Positions 7,878 through 17,820 of a stretch of DNA of 64,000 bases are shown here, piece by piece. The notes beneath the pieces were generated by a model. That model had not been told where the DNA came from. It searched no databases and was given only the letters and a program-made list of their open reading frames with translations. The stretch is from Flavobacteriia bacterium (GTDB taxonomy: Bacteria; Bacteroidota; Bacteroidia; Flavobacteriales_D; Crocinitomicaceae). Position 1 is the stretch's first letter. Each line of letters starts with the position of its first letter. The position numbers and the translations under genes were made by a program. The stretch spans positions 2,679 through 66,678 of the forward strand of contig JBKCGI010000086.1 in NCBI GenBank assembly GCA_046303515.1, given 5' to 3'.

Positions 7878-10871
7878 ATGAAATTTTTATTCTCAATCTC
7901 AATTTTCCTTTTTACTGCTTCAATATTTGCTCAAAACTACTGGCAACAAGAGGTTAACTATAAAATTTCGGTTAAGTTAAACGATAAAGAACATACTTTT
8001 TCTGCTTTTGAAGAATTCGAATACATCAATAATTCGCCTAATTCTTTAGATTTTTTATACATTCATATCTGGCCTAACGCTTATAAAAACAATAAAACTG
8101 CCCTTGCAAAACAATTGTATAAGAATGGAGAGAAAGAATTGCAATTTGGAGCAGATTCCTTAAAAGGATGGATTGATTCACTTGATTTTAAAGTAAATGG
8201 CGAAAAAGTGAAATGGGAATTTGACAAAGAGAATATTGACATTTGTAAAGTCTATTTAAATGCACCTTTGAAATCAGGGGAAAGAATAAATGTTACAACA
8301 CCATTCAAAGTAAAAATTCCAAGTGGGGAAATTTCTCGTTTGGGTCACATTGGGCAATCGTATCAAATCACACAATGGTACCCAAAACCAGCTGTTTATG
8401 ACAAAAATGGATGGAATCAAATGCCATATTTGAATCAAGGAGAATTTTATTCGGAATACGGTTCTTTTGATGTTTCAATTACTTTACCTAAAAATTATGT
8501 GGTTGGAGCAACAGGTGATTTACAAACGGAAAGTGAATTGGTGTTTTTAGATAAATTAGCCAATGAATCGCGACAAGAAAATTTTGGTAAACCAAATAAA
8601 AACATACCAACTAAAGATGTATATCCCGTATCAGATGAAAACTGGAAAACAATTCGCTTCACACAAAAAAATGTGCATGATTTTGCCTGGTTTGCTGATA
8701 AACGCTACAAAGTGTTAAAGGGAGAGGTAGAATTACCACATTCTAAAAGAAAAGTAACTACATGGGCAATGTTTACTCCAAAAAATGCCTGGCTTTGGAA
8801 AGATGCCATAGAATTTATTAATGATGGAACCTATTATTACTCCAAATGGAACGGTGATTATCCTTATAATCAAGTTACAGCTGTTGATGGTACAATTTCA
8901 GCAGGTGGTGGAATGGAATATCCAAATGTAACTGTAATTGGTAATTCAGGTTCAAAAATTGATTTAGAAATCGTAATCGTTCATGAAGTTGGACACAATT
9001 GGTTTTATGGAATTTTAGGCTCCAACGAGCGTGTTCATGGATGGATGGATGAAGGTTTGAATACCCTAAACGAAATGCGTTATATGGAAACCAAATATCC
9101 AAACAACAAGCAATTATCAGACATGGTTTTTGGCAAGAATTTCCATTTTGAGGATTTAAACCATTATGATTCAGGAGATTTGGGTTACCGCTTGATATCT
9201 GCTTTAGGTGAAGATCAACCTTTGGAAACGCATTCAGCAAAATTCACCTCTATGAATTATGGATTGATTATGTACCAAAAAACTGGATTGATTTTTCACT
9301 ATTTAAAATATTATTTAGGTGAAAATGAATTCGACAAAGCAATGTCCAATTATTTTGAGACTTGGAAATTCAGACATCCACAACCAGAGGATATTCGTGC
9401 AACATTGGAAAAAAGTACTGGGAAAAATTTAGATTGGATGTTCGAGGATTTAGTGCAAACGACTAATCATATTGATTATAAGCTGAAAAAAATAAAAATT
9501 AATTCCAAAAACAAGGCAGCTGAAACAACTATTCAAATAAAAAACAAAGGTCAAGTAAAAGGTCCAATTCCTGTCACAATTTATTCTAATGGACAAAATG
9601 ACACCAAATGGTTTGAACCTTCAAGTGTCAAAAAATATGAAGTAAAATTTCCCAATTCGATTGATTCAGCACAAATTGATCCAAACCGTCAAATTCCTGA
9701 ATTAAATCGTTCAAACAACAATTGGAACTCCACTTGGACGTTTCATAAAAGAGAACCTTTTAAATTAGAATTTGGTTTGGGAGACAATGAAACAAAACGT
9801 TCAAATAATTTTTGGCTACCAATTATAGCTGGAAATGCTCATGACAAATTGATGTTAGGTTTAGCTTTGCATAATTATTCAGTTCCTTTTAATAAGTTTC
9901 AATATGTAATGATGCCCTTGTTTTCCTTCGGGAGAAAAAATGTTTCAGGGATGGCGGAATTTAGTTACACCACGAATCCAAAACACAACTTTAAATTGAT
10001 TCGAAAAGGTGTTTCTATCAAATCATTTAAAAATCAAAATGTTCGCTCTGATGAAGATGGCTATTTTGCTTCAGTTAGTCCATACCTCTTTTTAAAACTA
10101 GGAAATCGAAAAAACGACAAAGCATTTTCAAATGCAATCTTGATTCAAACCATTTACAGATATGATCAATTTTTAACTCAAAAAACAGAGCAAGTTGGAG
10201 GATTTTTAAAATACCAGATGGATTTTGATAAAACTGACCAAAAATTCAATTTAATACTTCGAACTGACTACATCAACAATGTAAACAATTCGAATGAAAT
10301 GATTCGATCAACTGGAGAAATGACCTATAAATATAAGTATGCAAAAAACAAAATGGAACGTTGGGTGGAATTACGTGTTTTCGCAGGTTCAATTTTGAAA
10401 AGTAATTTAAACAATCCAAATTCTTTTGTTGAACATTTAGGTTATCAGCTTTCATTAAATGGAACAAGTGGAGCAAATGATATTTTTACGGAAGACTATT
10501 ATTTTTCACGCACAAATTCTCGTTTTGGAGGAAACCAGCGCTCAGAAAACATGGGAAATTTCAAAACAGGAGAAACAATTTTAACTAATAAAAATCTTTT
10601 TACAAGTAACTTCTACATTCAATTACCAATCAAGCCAAATTGCCTTGGAATATTTGTGGATTATGGATTAATGAATGATGGAACCAAAACAAATTCGCTA
10701 GTAAATGCCGGAATAGGATTTAGAATTAAATCAGTTTTTGGGCTATATTTTCCACTTTGGATGAATAAAGAATTAGACAAATATTTTGGTACAGATTACC
10801 TTGAAAAAGTAAGATTTTCAATGAAATTCAATTGGACAAATCAAGGTTTGAAACTTTCAAATATTTTCTAA
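7878..10871 (+). CDS. M1-family zinc metallopeptidase with long C-terminal extension
   Basis: ATG 7878 gives the signal peptide MKFLFSISIFLFTASIFAQ. Gluzincin motif HEVGHNWFYG plus a downstream WMDEGLN Glu. About 450 C-terminal residues have no recognisable domain. Confidence 0.85.
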   Translation: MKFLFSISIFLFTASIFAQNYWQQEVNYKISVKLNDKEHTFSAFEEFEYINNSPNSLDFLYIHIWPNAYKNNKTALAKQLYKNGEKELQFGADSLKGWIDSLDFKVNGEKVKWEFDKENIDICKVYLNAPLKSGERINVTTPFKVKIPSGEISRLGHIGQSYQITQWYPKPAVYDKNGWNQMPYLNQGEFYSEYGSFDVSITLPKNYVVGATGDLQTESELVFLDKLANESRQENFGKPNKNIPTKDVYPVSDENWKTIRFTQKNVHDFAWFADKRYKVLKGEVELPHSKRKVTTWAMFTPKNAWLWKDAIEFINDGTYYYSKWNGDYPYNQVTAVDGTISAGGGMEYPNVTVIGNSGSKIDLEIVIVHEVGHNWFYGILGSNERVHGWMDEGLNTLNEMRYMETKYPNNKQLSDMVFGKNFHFEDLNHYDSGDLGYRLISALGEDQPLETHSAKFTSMNYGLIMYQKTGLIFHYLKYYLGENEFDKAMSNYFETWKFRHPQPEDIRATLEKSTGKNLDWMFEDLVQTTNHIDYKLKKIKINSKNKAAETTIQIKNKGQVKGPIPVTIYSNGQNDTKWFEPSSVKKYEVKFPNSIDSAQIDPNRQIPELNRSNNNWNSTWTFHKREPFKLEFGLGDNETKRSNNFWLPIIAGNAHDKLMLGLALHNYSVPFNKFQYVMMPLFSFGRKNVSGMAEFSYTTNPKHNFKLIRKGVSIKSFKNQNVRSDEDGYFASVSPYLFLKLGNRKNDKAFSNAILIQTIYRYDQFLTQKTEQVGGFLKYQMDFDKTDQKFNLILRTDYINNVNNSNEMIRSTGEMTYKYKYAKNKMERWVELRVFAGSILKSNLNNPNSFVEHLGYQLSLNGTSGANDIFTEDYYFSRTNSRFGGNQRSENMGNFKTGETILTNKNLFTSNFYIQLPIKPNCLGIFVDYGLMNDGTKTNSLVNAGIGFRIKSVFGLYFPLWMNKELDKYFGTDYLEKVRFSMKFNWTNQGLKLSNIF

Positions 10872-10895
10872 AAAGCACCCTTTTAAAGGTGCTTT
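10872..10895. terminator. bidirectional hairpin between convergent genes
   Basis: AAAGCACC (10872-10879), 8-nt loop, GGTGCTTT (10888-10895), with short T/A runs on both sides. It overlaps the Fic gene stop codon. Confidence 0.5.
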
Positions 10896-11937
10896 AATTT
10901 AAAACAGAAACATATCTTTTGATACTTTCAAGTTCAGTTTCAGCTACAAAGCGAATAAATGCGTCTTTATTCTTATTTACTTGAGCTTCCTCAAGTGCCT
11001 CATAATATTTCATGCGCGTTTCATAATCTCCTTCGATATTCGCTATTACATATCCCGATTTTAATAAAAATAAATTCATAAGTAATCGAGAAGTTCTTCC
11101 ATTTCCATCTATGAAGGGATGAATTGTAACTAATCGCTCGTGCATTTCAGCGGCCAAAACCACAGGATGAATGTGTTTATTTTTTTCATACCAATTGAAA
11201 AACTTATTCATTTCCTCTTTGATTTCAAATGCTGAAACAGGCGTGTGCTTACTTCCTTGCATAAGCACTTGCACATCCCTGTATTTACCTGCTTCTTCTG
11301 AATAAATCCCCCTTAGAATCAGATTATGAATATTTAAAAGTTCGCGCTCATTGAATGATGTATTTTTATCAATCAATAAATGTATATAATCAATTGCTTC
11401 CTTGTGATTAATTGCCTCCAAATGTTCACGCATTGATTTCCCAGAAACCGTTAACCCTTGGTTTATTACCAAATCAGTTTCACGTAATGTAAGTGTATTA
11501 CCTTCGATACGATTGCTTTCAAAAGTATATTCTAATTCTAAGGCCTCTTTTATGCGAATACTATCGTATTTGCGTTTAGAATCTAATTTCTTTTTATAAA
11601 AATCTATTTCATCCAAAATAGATTGAATTTCTGGGGTAATTTCCCTTTTAAAAGAGACATTATAACGCGCCATTTCCTCTTGAAGTGCATGAATTACATC
11701 TTCAGCTATAGCGTATTCTCTGATCTCAGCAAATACTTTATCTCGTAACCAAAGTTTCATGAGTTCATCCAATGGAATTTCTAAATGAAAAGCCAAATCA
11801 ATGATCTGCTGCTTTGTAGGAAATCTATTACCTGATTCAAATTTACTAATAAGTGCTTGATCGATTTTTAATAAAGCAGCTAACTCTTTTACTTTTAGAC
11901 CTTTTTGAACTCTTGCATTTTTAATTATATTTTTCAT
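10894..11937 (-). CDS. XRE-type HTH / Fic-domain fusion protein (probable AMPylase with intramolecular inhibitory helix)
   Basis: 347 aa. N-terminal HTH (KGLKVKELAALLKIDQALISKFESG), SxxxEG inhibitory motif (SNRIEG), and Fic active-site motif HPFIDGNGRTSR. Confidence 0.85.
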   Translation of the reverse strand: MKNIIKNARVQKGLKVKELAALLKIDQALISKFESGNRFPTKQQIIDLAFHLEIPLDELMKLWLRDKVFAEIREYAIAEDVIHALQEEMARYNVSFKREITPEIQSILDEIDFYKKKLDSKRKYDSIRIKEALELEYTFESNRIEGNTLTLRETDLVINQGLTVSGKSMREHLEAINHKEAIDYIHLLIDKNTSFNERELLNIHNLILRGIYSEEAGKYRDVQVLMQGSKHTPVSAFEIKEEMNKFFNWYEKNKHIHPVVLAAEMHERLVTIHPFIDGNGRTSRLLMNLFLLKSGYVIANIEGDYETRMKYYEALEEAQVNKNKDAFIRFVAETELESIKRYVSVLN

Positions 11938-11954
11938 TATGACAAATTAATTCA

Positions 11955-11969
11955 TGACAAAATTAGTCA
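11955..11969 (-). promoter_or_regulatory. palindromic operator candidate TGAC-N7-GTCA with an embedded -7 box
   Basis: TGACAAAATTAGTCA. The minus strand carries TAATTTTG at 11965-11958, 21 nt upstream of the Fic ATG. TGACAAA recurs at 11940, 11955 and 11977. Confidence 0.45.
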
Positions 11970-11980
11970 TTTTTTTTGAC

Positions 11981-12016
11981 AAAAAAAAGGATTTTAAAAT
12001 TTCTTCTAAAATCCTT
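11981..12016 (-). terminator. rho-independent terminator of the upstream minus-strand gene
   Basis: 10-bp stem AAGGATTTTA (11987-11996) / TAAAATCCTT (12007-12016). On the minus strand a T-run follows (the A-run 11981-11986 on +). Confidence 0.65.
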
Positions 12017-12035
12017 CATCAATTTATTTTTTTAA

Positions 12036-12764
12036 TCAATTAACAATCGCATCATATTTTGCTTTGAAATCTTCATCACCTTCAAACCATTGCGCAACTT
12101 TACCAAGTAATGTTTTTGCCTTATCAACTTGTTTCATAGCGATATAGCACTCGCATGTTTCGAAAATACCCATCTTAAACAAATCCTTATCCTCTTCTCT
12201 GTAATCTTCCAAAGATTTAACTGCAGCTAACATTTTTTCACCTTCTTTCCATAAGGCGTTTGCACCTCCTTTATCTTGAGCTCTAAATTTACAAGCACCT
12301 TCCAAATATTTGGCACCTACGTCTGTTGGAGTGATTTTATAAACTTTTGAAGCCCAACCACCTGCTTTTCTATAATCCTTAGCTTCAAGATCATTTTTGA
12401 TAGTTTCAACTAAAGTTTTCTTTACATCAGAAAAGAAATCTCTATGCTCTGTATATATTTTTTTATCTTTATCTTTTTTCATACACTTACCAATCGCAGT
12501 AAAGCAATCTTTAAATGCATTTTTATACTCTTCCGGTCTATCTGCTTGAAATGAAATCTTATAGTATGCTTTTGACATCCAAAAATAAACCAAAACATCA
12601 TTTTTAGTATCATCTTTTTCAGAGTATTTAATTGTCTCCTTTATTAATTTAGCATAATTTCCATCAGCATACAATATTAATAAATCATCATATACAGGCG
12701 GTTGTGCGTTTAATTTCCCAATTGAAAAAACAATACAAATTAAAAAGAATAATTTTCTACTCAT
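12036..12764 (-). CDS. hypothetical secreted helical (TPR-like) protein
   Basis: ATG 12764 gives the signal peptide MSRKLFFLICIVFSIGKLNAQ; the track extension to 12854 is unsupported. Helical-repeat character is judged by eye only. Confidence 0.5.
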   Translation of the reverse strand: MSRKLFFLICIVFSIGKLNAQPPVYDDLLILYADGNYAKLIKETIKYSEKDDTKNDVLVYFWMSKAYYKISFQADRPEEYKNAFKDCFTAIGKCMKKDKDKKIYTEHRDFFSDVKKTLVETIKNDLEAKDYRKAGGWASKVYKITPTDVGAKYLEGACKFRAQDKGGANALWKEGEKMLAAVKSLEDYREEDKDLFKMGIFETCECYIAMKQVDKAKTLLGKVAQWFEGDEDFKAKYDAIVN

Positions 12765-12917
12765 ATTTCTAAAATTTGAATCTACGGATTCTCTGGACTT
12801 GATGTTCATGACTTTAATATTTATAATTTCTAAGGGTGATTTTTCAATAATCATGCCGAATGTATAAATAATTTTTTATTCGACAATAAAAATTAAAAAA
12901 AATAGTAGAAAAAGATT

Positions 12918-13739
12918 TTATTTGAAGCTACATTTATCAGCAGGACCAAGACGATAAGTCAAAATTCCTCCAAATACAAAATACCAATCTTTTGTAGCAC
13001 TATTACCCCTCATACCATTTGCAGAACCATCTAAACTTCTATTTGACAACTCTGCAACCAAAGGCCCATTAGCTTCGGCAATTGCATTTCTATCTGCAAA
13101 TCGATTTGATCCAACATCATCAATATAATCCGTGAAGGTTTTTCTCACACCGAATTCAATATTAAAGGAAATATTTTTAGCTAAAGACATCTTCATCCCT
13201 ACCCCTAAAGGTAAACAAAACTGAGTTCTATTATAAAAGTCTTTTGAATTCAATTCTGTACCCTGTCCTTCAGTACCAAGTGTTCGTAATTCTATAAAAT
13301 CATCATTGTATTTGGTCTTAGGATTAATTCTGAAAAGTCCCAATTCAACAAAAAAGTAAGGAGTGAATCTAAATTCAGGATGACCAGTTTGATATCGCAA
13401 GTAATTAAACTCTATACCACTAGCAAATTCATAAATATCAGTTGTGAAAGATAAATTTCTATTTATTAATAAAGCATTTGTAGCCTCAGCATCATTAGCT
13501 TCTATATTTCCATAATTTACATTAGCGCGCAAGGCAATTCGTGAGTTAATATTATAACGAAAAATCCCACCATATGCTAAATTCGTGTTTTGAAAATGTT
13601 TCAATTGATTTAAATCGCCAATATAATACATTCCTCCAACAAACACCCCTAGGTCTGATCGTGATCGGAAATTTGGGTGCTGAGAAAAACAAAAAATATT
13701 GCTTAAACAAAAAAATAATATGACTAAATACTTTCGCAT
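12918..13739 (-). CDS. outer-membrane beta-barrel protein (DUF6089-like by recollection)
   Basis: Signal peptide MRKYLVILFFCLSNIFCFSQ and an alternating beta-strand pattern. A TACGTTTG box (13754-13747, minus strand) lies just upstream. Confidence 0.6.
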   Translation of the reverse strand: MRKYLVILFFCLSNIFCFSQHPNFRSRSDLGVFVGGMYYIGDLNQLKHFQNTNLAYGGIFRYNINSRIALRANVNYGNIEANDAEATNALLINRNLSFTTDIYEFASGIEFNYLRYQTGHPEFRFTPYFFVELGLFRINPKTKYNDDFIELRTLGTEGQGTELNSKDFYNRTQFCLPLGVGMKMSLAKNISFNIEFGVRKTFTDYIDDVGSNRFADRNAIAEANGPLVAELSNRSLDGSANGMRGNSATKDWYFVFGGILTYRLGPADKCSFK

Positions 13740-13836
13740 CACTTTACAAACGTAGTAATTTTTTGTTTGTTGTATAAAAAAAAGTAAATAATTAATTTTT
13801 TTGAATTATATTTACCATAAATTAAATAAATAAAAG

Positions 13837-15447
13837 ATGAAGAACTCCTATTTACTTTACTCGATTTTATTTCTGCTTGCTCTAAGTTCGTGTAAAAAAT
13901 TTGAAGATGTTAAAATTGCTAAAACGGCTTGGAATCCTAATGTAGCTGTACCAATTGGTTATGCTAGTTTTGGAGTTTATGACATTTTAGCTTCACAAGA
14001 CAGTACAGATTTAATAATAATCGATCCAGTTTCAGGTGAAATAGCTTTAAACTATTCAAGTCAAGTTGCCTCATTTGATGCAAGTCAAGTGGCTCAATTG
14101 GGAAATATTTCACAAAACTTCACCTTAAATCTGACAGATTTAAATATTCCCGTTTCAGTTGGTTTTAATGGTAATGCAAATGCAATCAGAACTGAAATTC
14201 TAACTTTAGCTGCCCCAAATGGAGAAGAAATTCACACTGTTTTCTTTAAAAATGGACTTTTAGATTTACATTTTGAAACTACTTTAAGACACAATCTTAA
14301 CGTAACATTAACCTTTTTAGATATTACGCAAAATGGAAGTCCAATTACTCAAAATTTCGCCATGAATTTTAGTGGAACAACTCCGCAAACACAGGATATT
14401 CAAGTGAATTTAGCCGAGGCTATCGCAGATTTTACGAACAATGGAAGTTCAGTTAATGAAACGAGAATTCAAATACAAGTTTCAGTTTTAGGGACTGGTC
14501 AACCAGTCGCAGGTAATGAGGATTTTACTCTTAGCTTAAATTCTTCCAATTTAGCTTACCATAACATTACTGGTTATATCGGACAACAAACTGTTGCAAA
14601 TTTATCAGACTCTGTACTTTTAAGAGTATTTGAAACAGCAGTAGATGGTACGTTTGAATTGACAAACCCAAAAGTAACTTTTACGATTGATAACTCTTTT
14701 GGTTTTCCATTGGATTTGAATTTAAATAATTTAAGCACAATAAATATCAATACAGGTCAAACTTTACCTTTGTTGAGTTATCCACAAACTATTAATATTA
14801 ATGCGCCTACTGTAATCGGACAAAGTGAAGTAAGTACTTTCGTTTTAGATAAAAATAATACACAAAATATCTCCAGTATTATCTCCCCTACACCCAAGTA
14901 TTTTTATTATGAAATTGATGGACAATCTAATCCAAATGGACAAACAGCTAATTTAAATTTTGTAGACGAAAATAGTATCTGTACGATTAAAACAGAAGTA
15001 GAAATGCCCCTAGAAGGTTTTGCCTACGGTTTTAAAATTAGTGACACAATTGAATTTACACAATTTGATAATTCTAATGTCGACTTAATTGATTTTATTA
15101 TGTTCAGATTAATTGTTGACAATGGTTTCCCTGTGCGTTTAGGTACTCAAATTACTGCTATAGATGAAAATGGTGTGGCACTTTTTTCATTATTTGATCA
15201 GCCTCAAGATATTGTAACTCCAGCTCCTGTTGATGCTGCTGGAAAAGTAACACAAAGCACTAGAAAAATTACAGATATGACCTTAACGGATGCACAAATT
15301 GCACTTTTGAGTCAAGCTAAAAAATTAATTGTTTACGGAGAAGCGTCTACAACAAATTCAGACATAAATGAAATTGTTAAATTTTATGACACTTACAAAA
15401 TCGATATAAAATTAGCGCTTCAAGTTCAAGCTCAAACACAGTTTTAA
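13837..15447 (+). CDS. hypothetical lipoprotein
   Basis: 536 aa. Lipoprotein signal LLALSSCKK. Asn/Thr-rich, with no recognisable domain. Confidence 0.55.
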   Translation: MKNSYLLYSILFLLALSSCKKFEDVKIAKTAWNPNVAVPIGYASFGVYDILASQDSTDLIIIDPVSGEIALNYSSQVASFDASQVAQLGNISQNFTLNLTDLNIPVSVGFNGNANAIRTEILTLAAPNGEEIHTVFFKNGLLDLHFETTLRHNLNVTLTFLDITQNGSPITQNFAMNFSGTTPQTQDIQVNLAEAIADFTNNGSSVNETRIQIQVSVLGTGQPVAGNEDFTLSLNSSNLAYHNITGYIGQQTVANLSDSVLLRVFETAVDGTFELTNPKVTFTIDNSFGFPLDLNLNNLSTININTGQTLPLLSYPQTININAPTVIGQSEVSTFVLDKNNTQNISSIISPTPKYFYYEIDGQSNPNGQTANLNFVDENSICTIKTEVEMPLEGFAYGFKISDTIEFTQFDNSNVDLIDFIMFRLIVDNGFPVRLGTQITAIDENGVALFSLFDQPQDIVTPAPVDAAGKVTQSTRKITDMTLTDAQIALLSQAKKLIVYGEASTTNSDINEIVKFYDTYKIDIKLALQVQAQTQF

Positions 15448-15465
15448 TACTAATTAAATAAATTT

Positions 15466-16845
15466 ATGAAAGCAAAATTTTTAGTCTTATTCGTGTTGTT
15501 AGTTGGCATGAATTATATTTTTTCACAAAAAAATCTCTCCTTATATAATTTAAGGGGAACACCACAAGCACTTGCAGTAAATCCTTCATTCATGCCAAAA
15601 TCTAAAATTTATTTAAGCATGCCATTAGGAATGATGAATTTTGGAGTTTCGAACAGTGGTTTTTCATTCAATGACTTATTTACAAAAAGAGCTGATGATT
15701 CTTTGGTTATAAATACAGAAAGTGTAATAAATGGTCTTTCAGCTAACAATATTTTATCCGCTGAAAGTAATATTGAAATTTTTGGAATCGGAATTAAAAT
15801 CAGTGATACTTATTTTAATTTTACTTTAAATTCAAAAATCCAAACTAATTTTATTTATCCAAAAGATGTTTTCAAACTTGCTTTTGAAGGGAATGGAAAA
15901 AGCTTCATTGGAGAGCGAGCTTCGTTTGATGGATTAGGTGTTAATTTTAATGCTTTCACAGAATATGCTTTCGGAGTTACAAAAGAAATTAATGACAAAT
16001 TAACTATCGGTGGTAAATTCAAAATGATTTCTGGAATTGCAAATTTTAATACGCGACAAACTAATCTTGGATTATACACTGACCCTACAACTTTTGCACT
16101 GACAATAGACGGATCGGCCGAAATTAATTCTTCAAATATTTTTCAATTCGTAAATGACTCAACTAGTAGTTCTGATCAATTGCGAAAAGAAATGACAGCA
16201 AGCGTGTTTAATTTCTCGAATAAAGGACTTGGTATTGATTTTGGAGCGACCTATAAAATAAATGAAAAATTCTCTGTAAACGCAAGTGTAATAGACTTAG
16301 GTTCAATTCGTTGGAACTCAAATGTAACATCATATAAAACAGATAATTTCAATTATACTTTTGAAGGAATTGACCTTAATAAATTAATTTCAGATAGCAC
16401 TGAAGCATTTACAACAATCCAAGATTCATTAGGAAAAGCATTTAATTATGAGGAAAACAATGATGCCTACTCAACATCTTTGTACACAAAGATTTATTTA
16501 GGTGGAAACTATTATTTTAACAAATCCTTCAATGCAGGTGCTGTTTTACTTAGTCAATTTGTAAAAGGGAAATATTCTCCAAGTCTTTCTTTATCTATGA
16601 ATGTAACGCTAAAAAGTTGGTTATCTGCAACACTAAATTATTCAATTATGAATAAGACTTATAATAATGTTGGTGCAGGAATCAGTTTAAGAGGAGGACC
16701 AATGCAGTTTTTTGTAATGTCAGATAACATCTTGGCATTCACTAACCCATTAGGTGCTAGAACATTTCATATATGCGGAGGAATTAGTATTTTTATTAAG
16801 GAAAAAGCCGAAAAGAAAAAAGATAAAAACGAAAAAGCAAACTAA
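15466..16845 (+). CDS. hypothetical outer-membrane protein (DUF5723-like by recollection)
   Basis: 459 aa with a signal peptide, beta-rich, and a Lys-rich C-terminal tail. It starts 18 nt after the lipoprotein gene. Confidence 0.5.
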   Translation: MKAKFLVLFVLLVGMNYIFSQKNLSLYNLRGTPQALAVNPSFMPKSKIYLSMPLGMMNFGVSNSGFSFNDLFTKRADDSLVINTESVINGLSANNILSAESNIEIFGIGIKISDTYFNFTLNSKIQTNFIYPKDVFKLAFEGNGKSFIGERASFDGLGVNFNAFTEYAFGVTKEINDKLTIGGKFKMISGIANFNTRQTNLGLYTDPTTFALTIDGSAEINSSNIFQFVNDSTSSSDQLRKEMTASVFNFSNKGLGIDFGATYKINEKFSVNASVIDLGSIRWNSNVTSYKTDNFNYTFEGIDLNKLISDSTEAFTTIQDSLGKAFNYEENNDAYSTSLYTKIYLGGNYYFNKSFNAGAVLLSQFVKGKYSPSLSLSMNVTLKSWLSATLNYSIMNKTYNNVGAGISLRGGPMQFFVMSDNILAFTNPLGARTFHICGGISIFIKEKAEKKKDKNEKAN

Positions 16846-16859
16846 AAAAGGAAAAAAAT

Positions 16860-17726
16860 ATGGTTAATTATAATCCAAAAAGTTGGATTACTTTAATATT
16901 TGCACTGCACAAAAGTGACACACTTCGCATGTTATGGAAGGAACTTTTGTACATGGGAGTTTTCACCCTTATTATTGCATTTATTGAAATGCATTTTTTT
17001 CCTGATGCTAAATCTCTAGAAAAACTTATTTCAGTTTATTCATTGGTTGGTTTTGTTATTTCACTGCTTCTTGTTTTCAGAACAAATACTGCTTACGACC
17101 GCTGGTGGGAAGGCCGCAAAAAATGGGGAGAAGTTGTAAATGATACAAGGAACTTAGCGATAAAACTTAATGCTATGCTTTCAGAAGAGGAAGACAAAGA
17201 CTTTTTCAGAAGAATGATTCCGAACTTTGTATTGGCAATGAAAGAACACCTTAGGAACGGCATTAATTGGGATGAATTAAATATTAATACTTCTGAAAAG
17301 AATCAAATCAAAAACAAAGCACATATACCCTTGGCTATCAGTTCATTAATGTATAAAAAAATTAAAGAGCTTACCGATAGAAAAATAATTTCCCAAGAAG
17401 AGTTTATCATTTTAGATAAAAATTTAAATGCCTTAATGGATTCTTGCGGAGCGTGTGAAAGAATAAAAAACACTCCTATCCCCTTTTCTTACAGTTTATT
17501 CCTAAAGAAATTCATTTTTGTATACGTCGTAACTCTTCCCTTAGCTTTTGTTACAACATTTGGTTACTTTTCAGCACTAATTGCAACCTATGTTTTTTAC
17601 GTACTCGTAAGTATGGAAGTTTTAGCTGAAGAGATTGAGGATCCGTTTGGAACAGATGATAATGATTTACCAGTTGATGAACTTTCGCTAAAAATTAAAA
17701 ATTCAGTCGAAGAAAGTTTTAATTGA
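16860..17726 (+). CDS. bestrophin-family (UPF0187/YneE) anion channel
   Basis: 288 aa with the RTNTAYDRWWEGRKKWG motif and several TM segments. Confidence 0.8.
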   Translation: MVNYNPKSWITLIFALHKSDTLRMLWKELLYMGVFTLIIAFIEMHFFPDAKSLEKLISVYSLVGFVISLLLVFRTNTAYDRWWEGRKKWGEVVNDTRNLAIKLNAMLSEEEDKDFFRRMIPNFVLAMKEHLRNGINWDELNINTSEKNQIKNKAHIPLAISSLMYKKIKELTDRKIISQEEFIILDKNLNALMDSCGACERIKNTPIPFSYSLFLKKFIFVYVVTLPLAFVTTFGYFSALIATYVFYVLVSMEVLAEEIEDPFGTDDNDLPVDELSLKIKNSVEESFN

Positions 17727-17754
17727 TTTATTTTTTAATCCTAAGTTTTTAGCT

Positions 17755-17762
17755 TACTTTTG
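17755..17762 (+). promoter_or_regulatory. -7 promoter box (TACTTTTG)
   Basis: Lies 59 nt upstream of the lepA ATG. Confidence 0.4.
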
Positions 17763-17820
17763 TAATCCCGAAATGCCATGTGATTGGTTTTTGGACAATT
17801 TATCATCTTGAAGATAACAC

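Noticed and set aside
8875-9240. 121-aa minus-strand ORF
   Set aside because: It is antisense inside the M1 peptidase gene across its HEXXH region, so it is a shadow ORF. The same reasoning applies to other antisense track ORFs, for example 1785-2099, 25451-25765, 28479-28963, 59268-59841 and 62272-62463.
10894-12016. Fic gene as part of a mobile element or integrative island
   Set aside because: There is no integrase, transposase, tRNA target or flanking direct repeat. The only evidence is a singleton gene between terminators.
12765-12854. Upstream extension of the TPR-like gene (MIIEKSPLEIINIKV...)
   Set aside because: The internal Met at 12764 yields a clean signal peptide, and the extension has no support.
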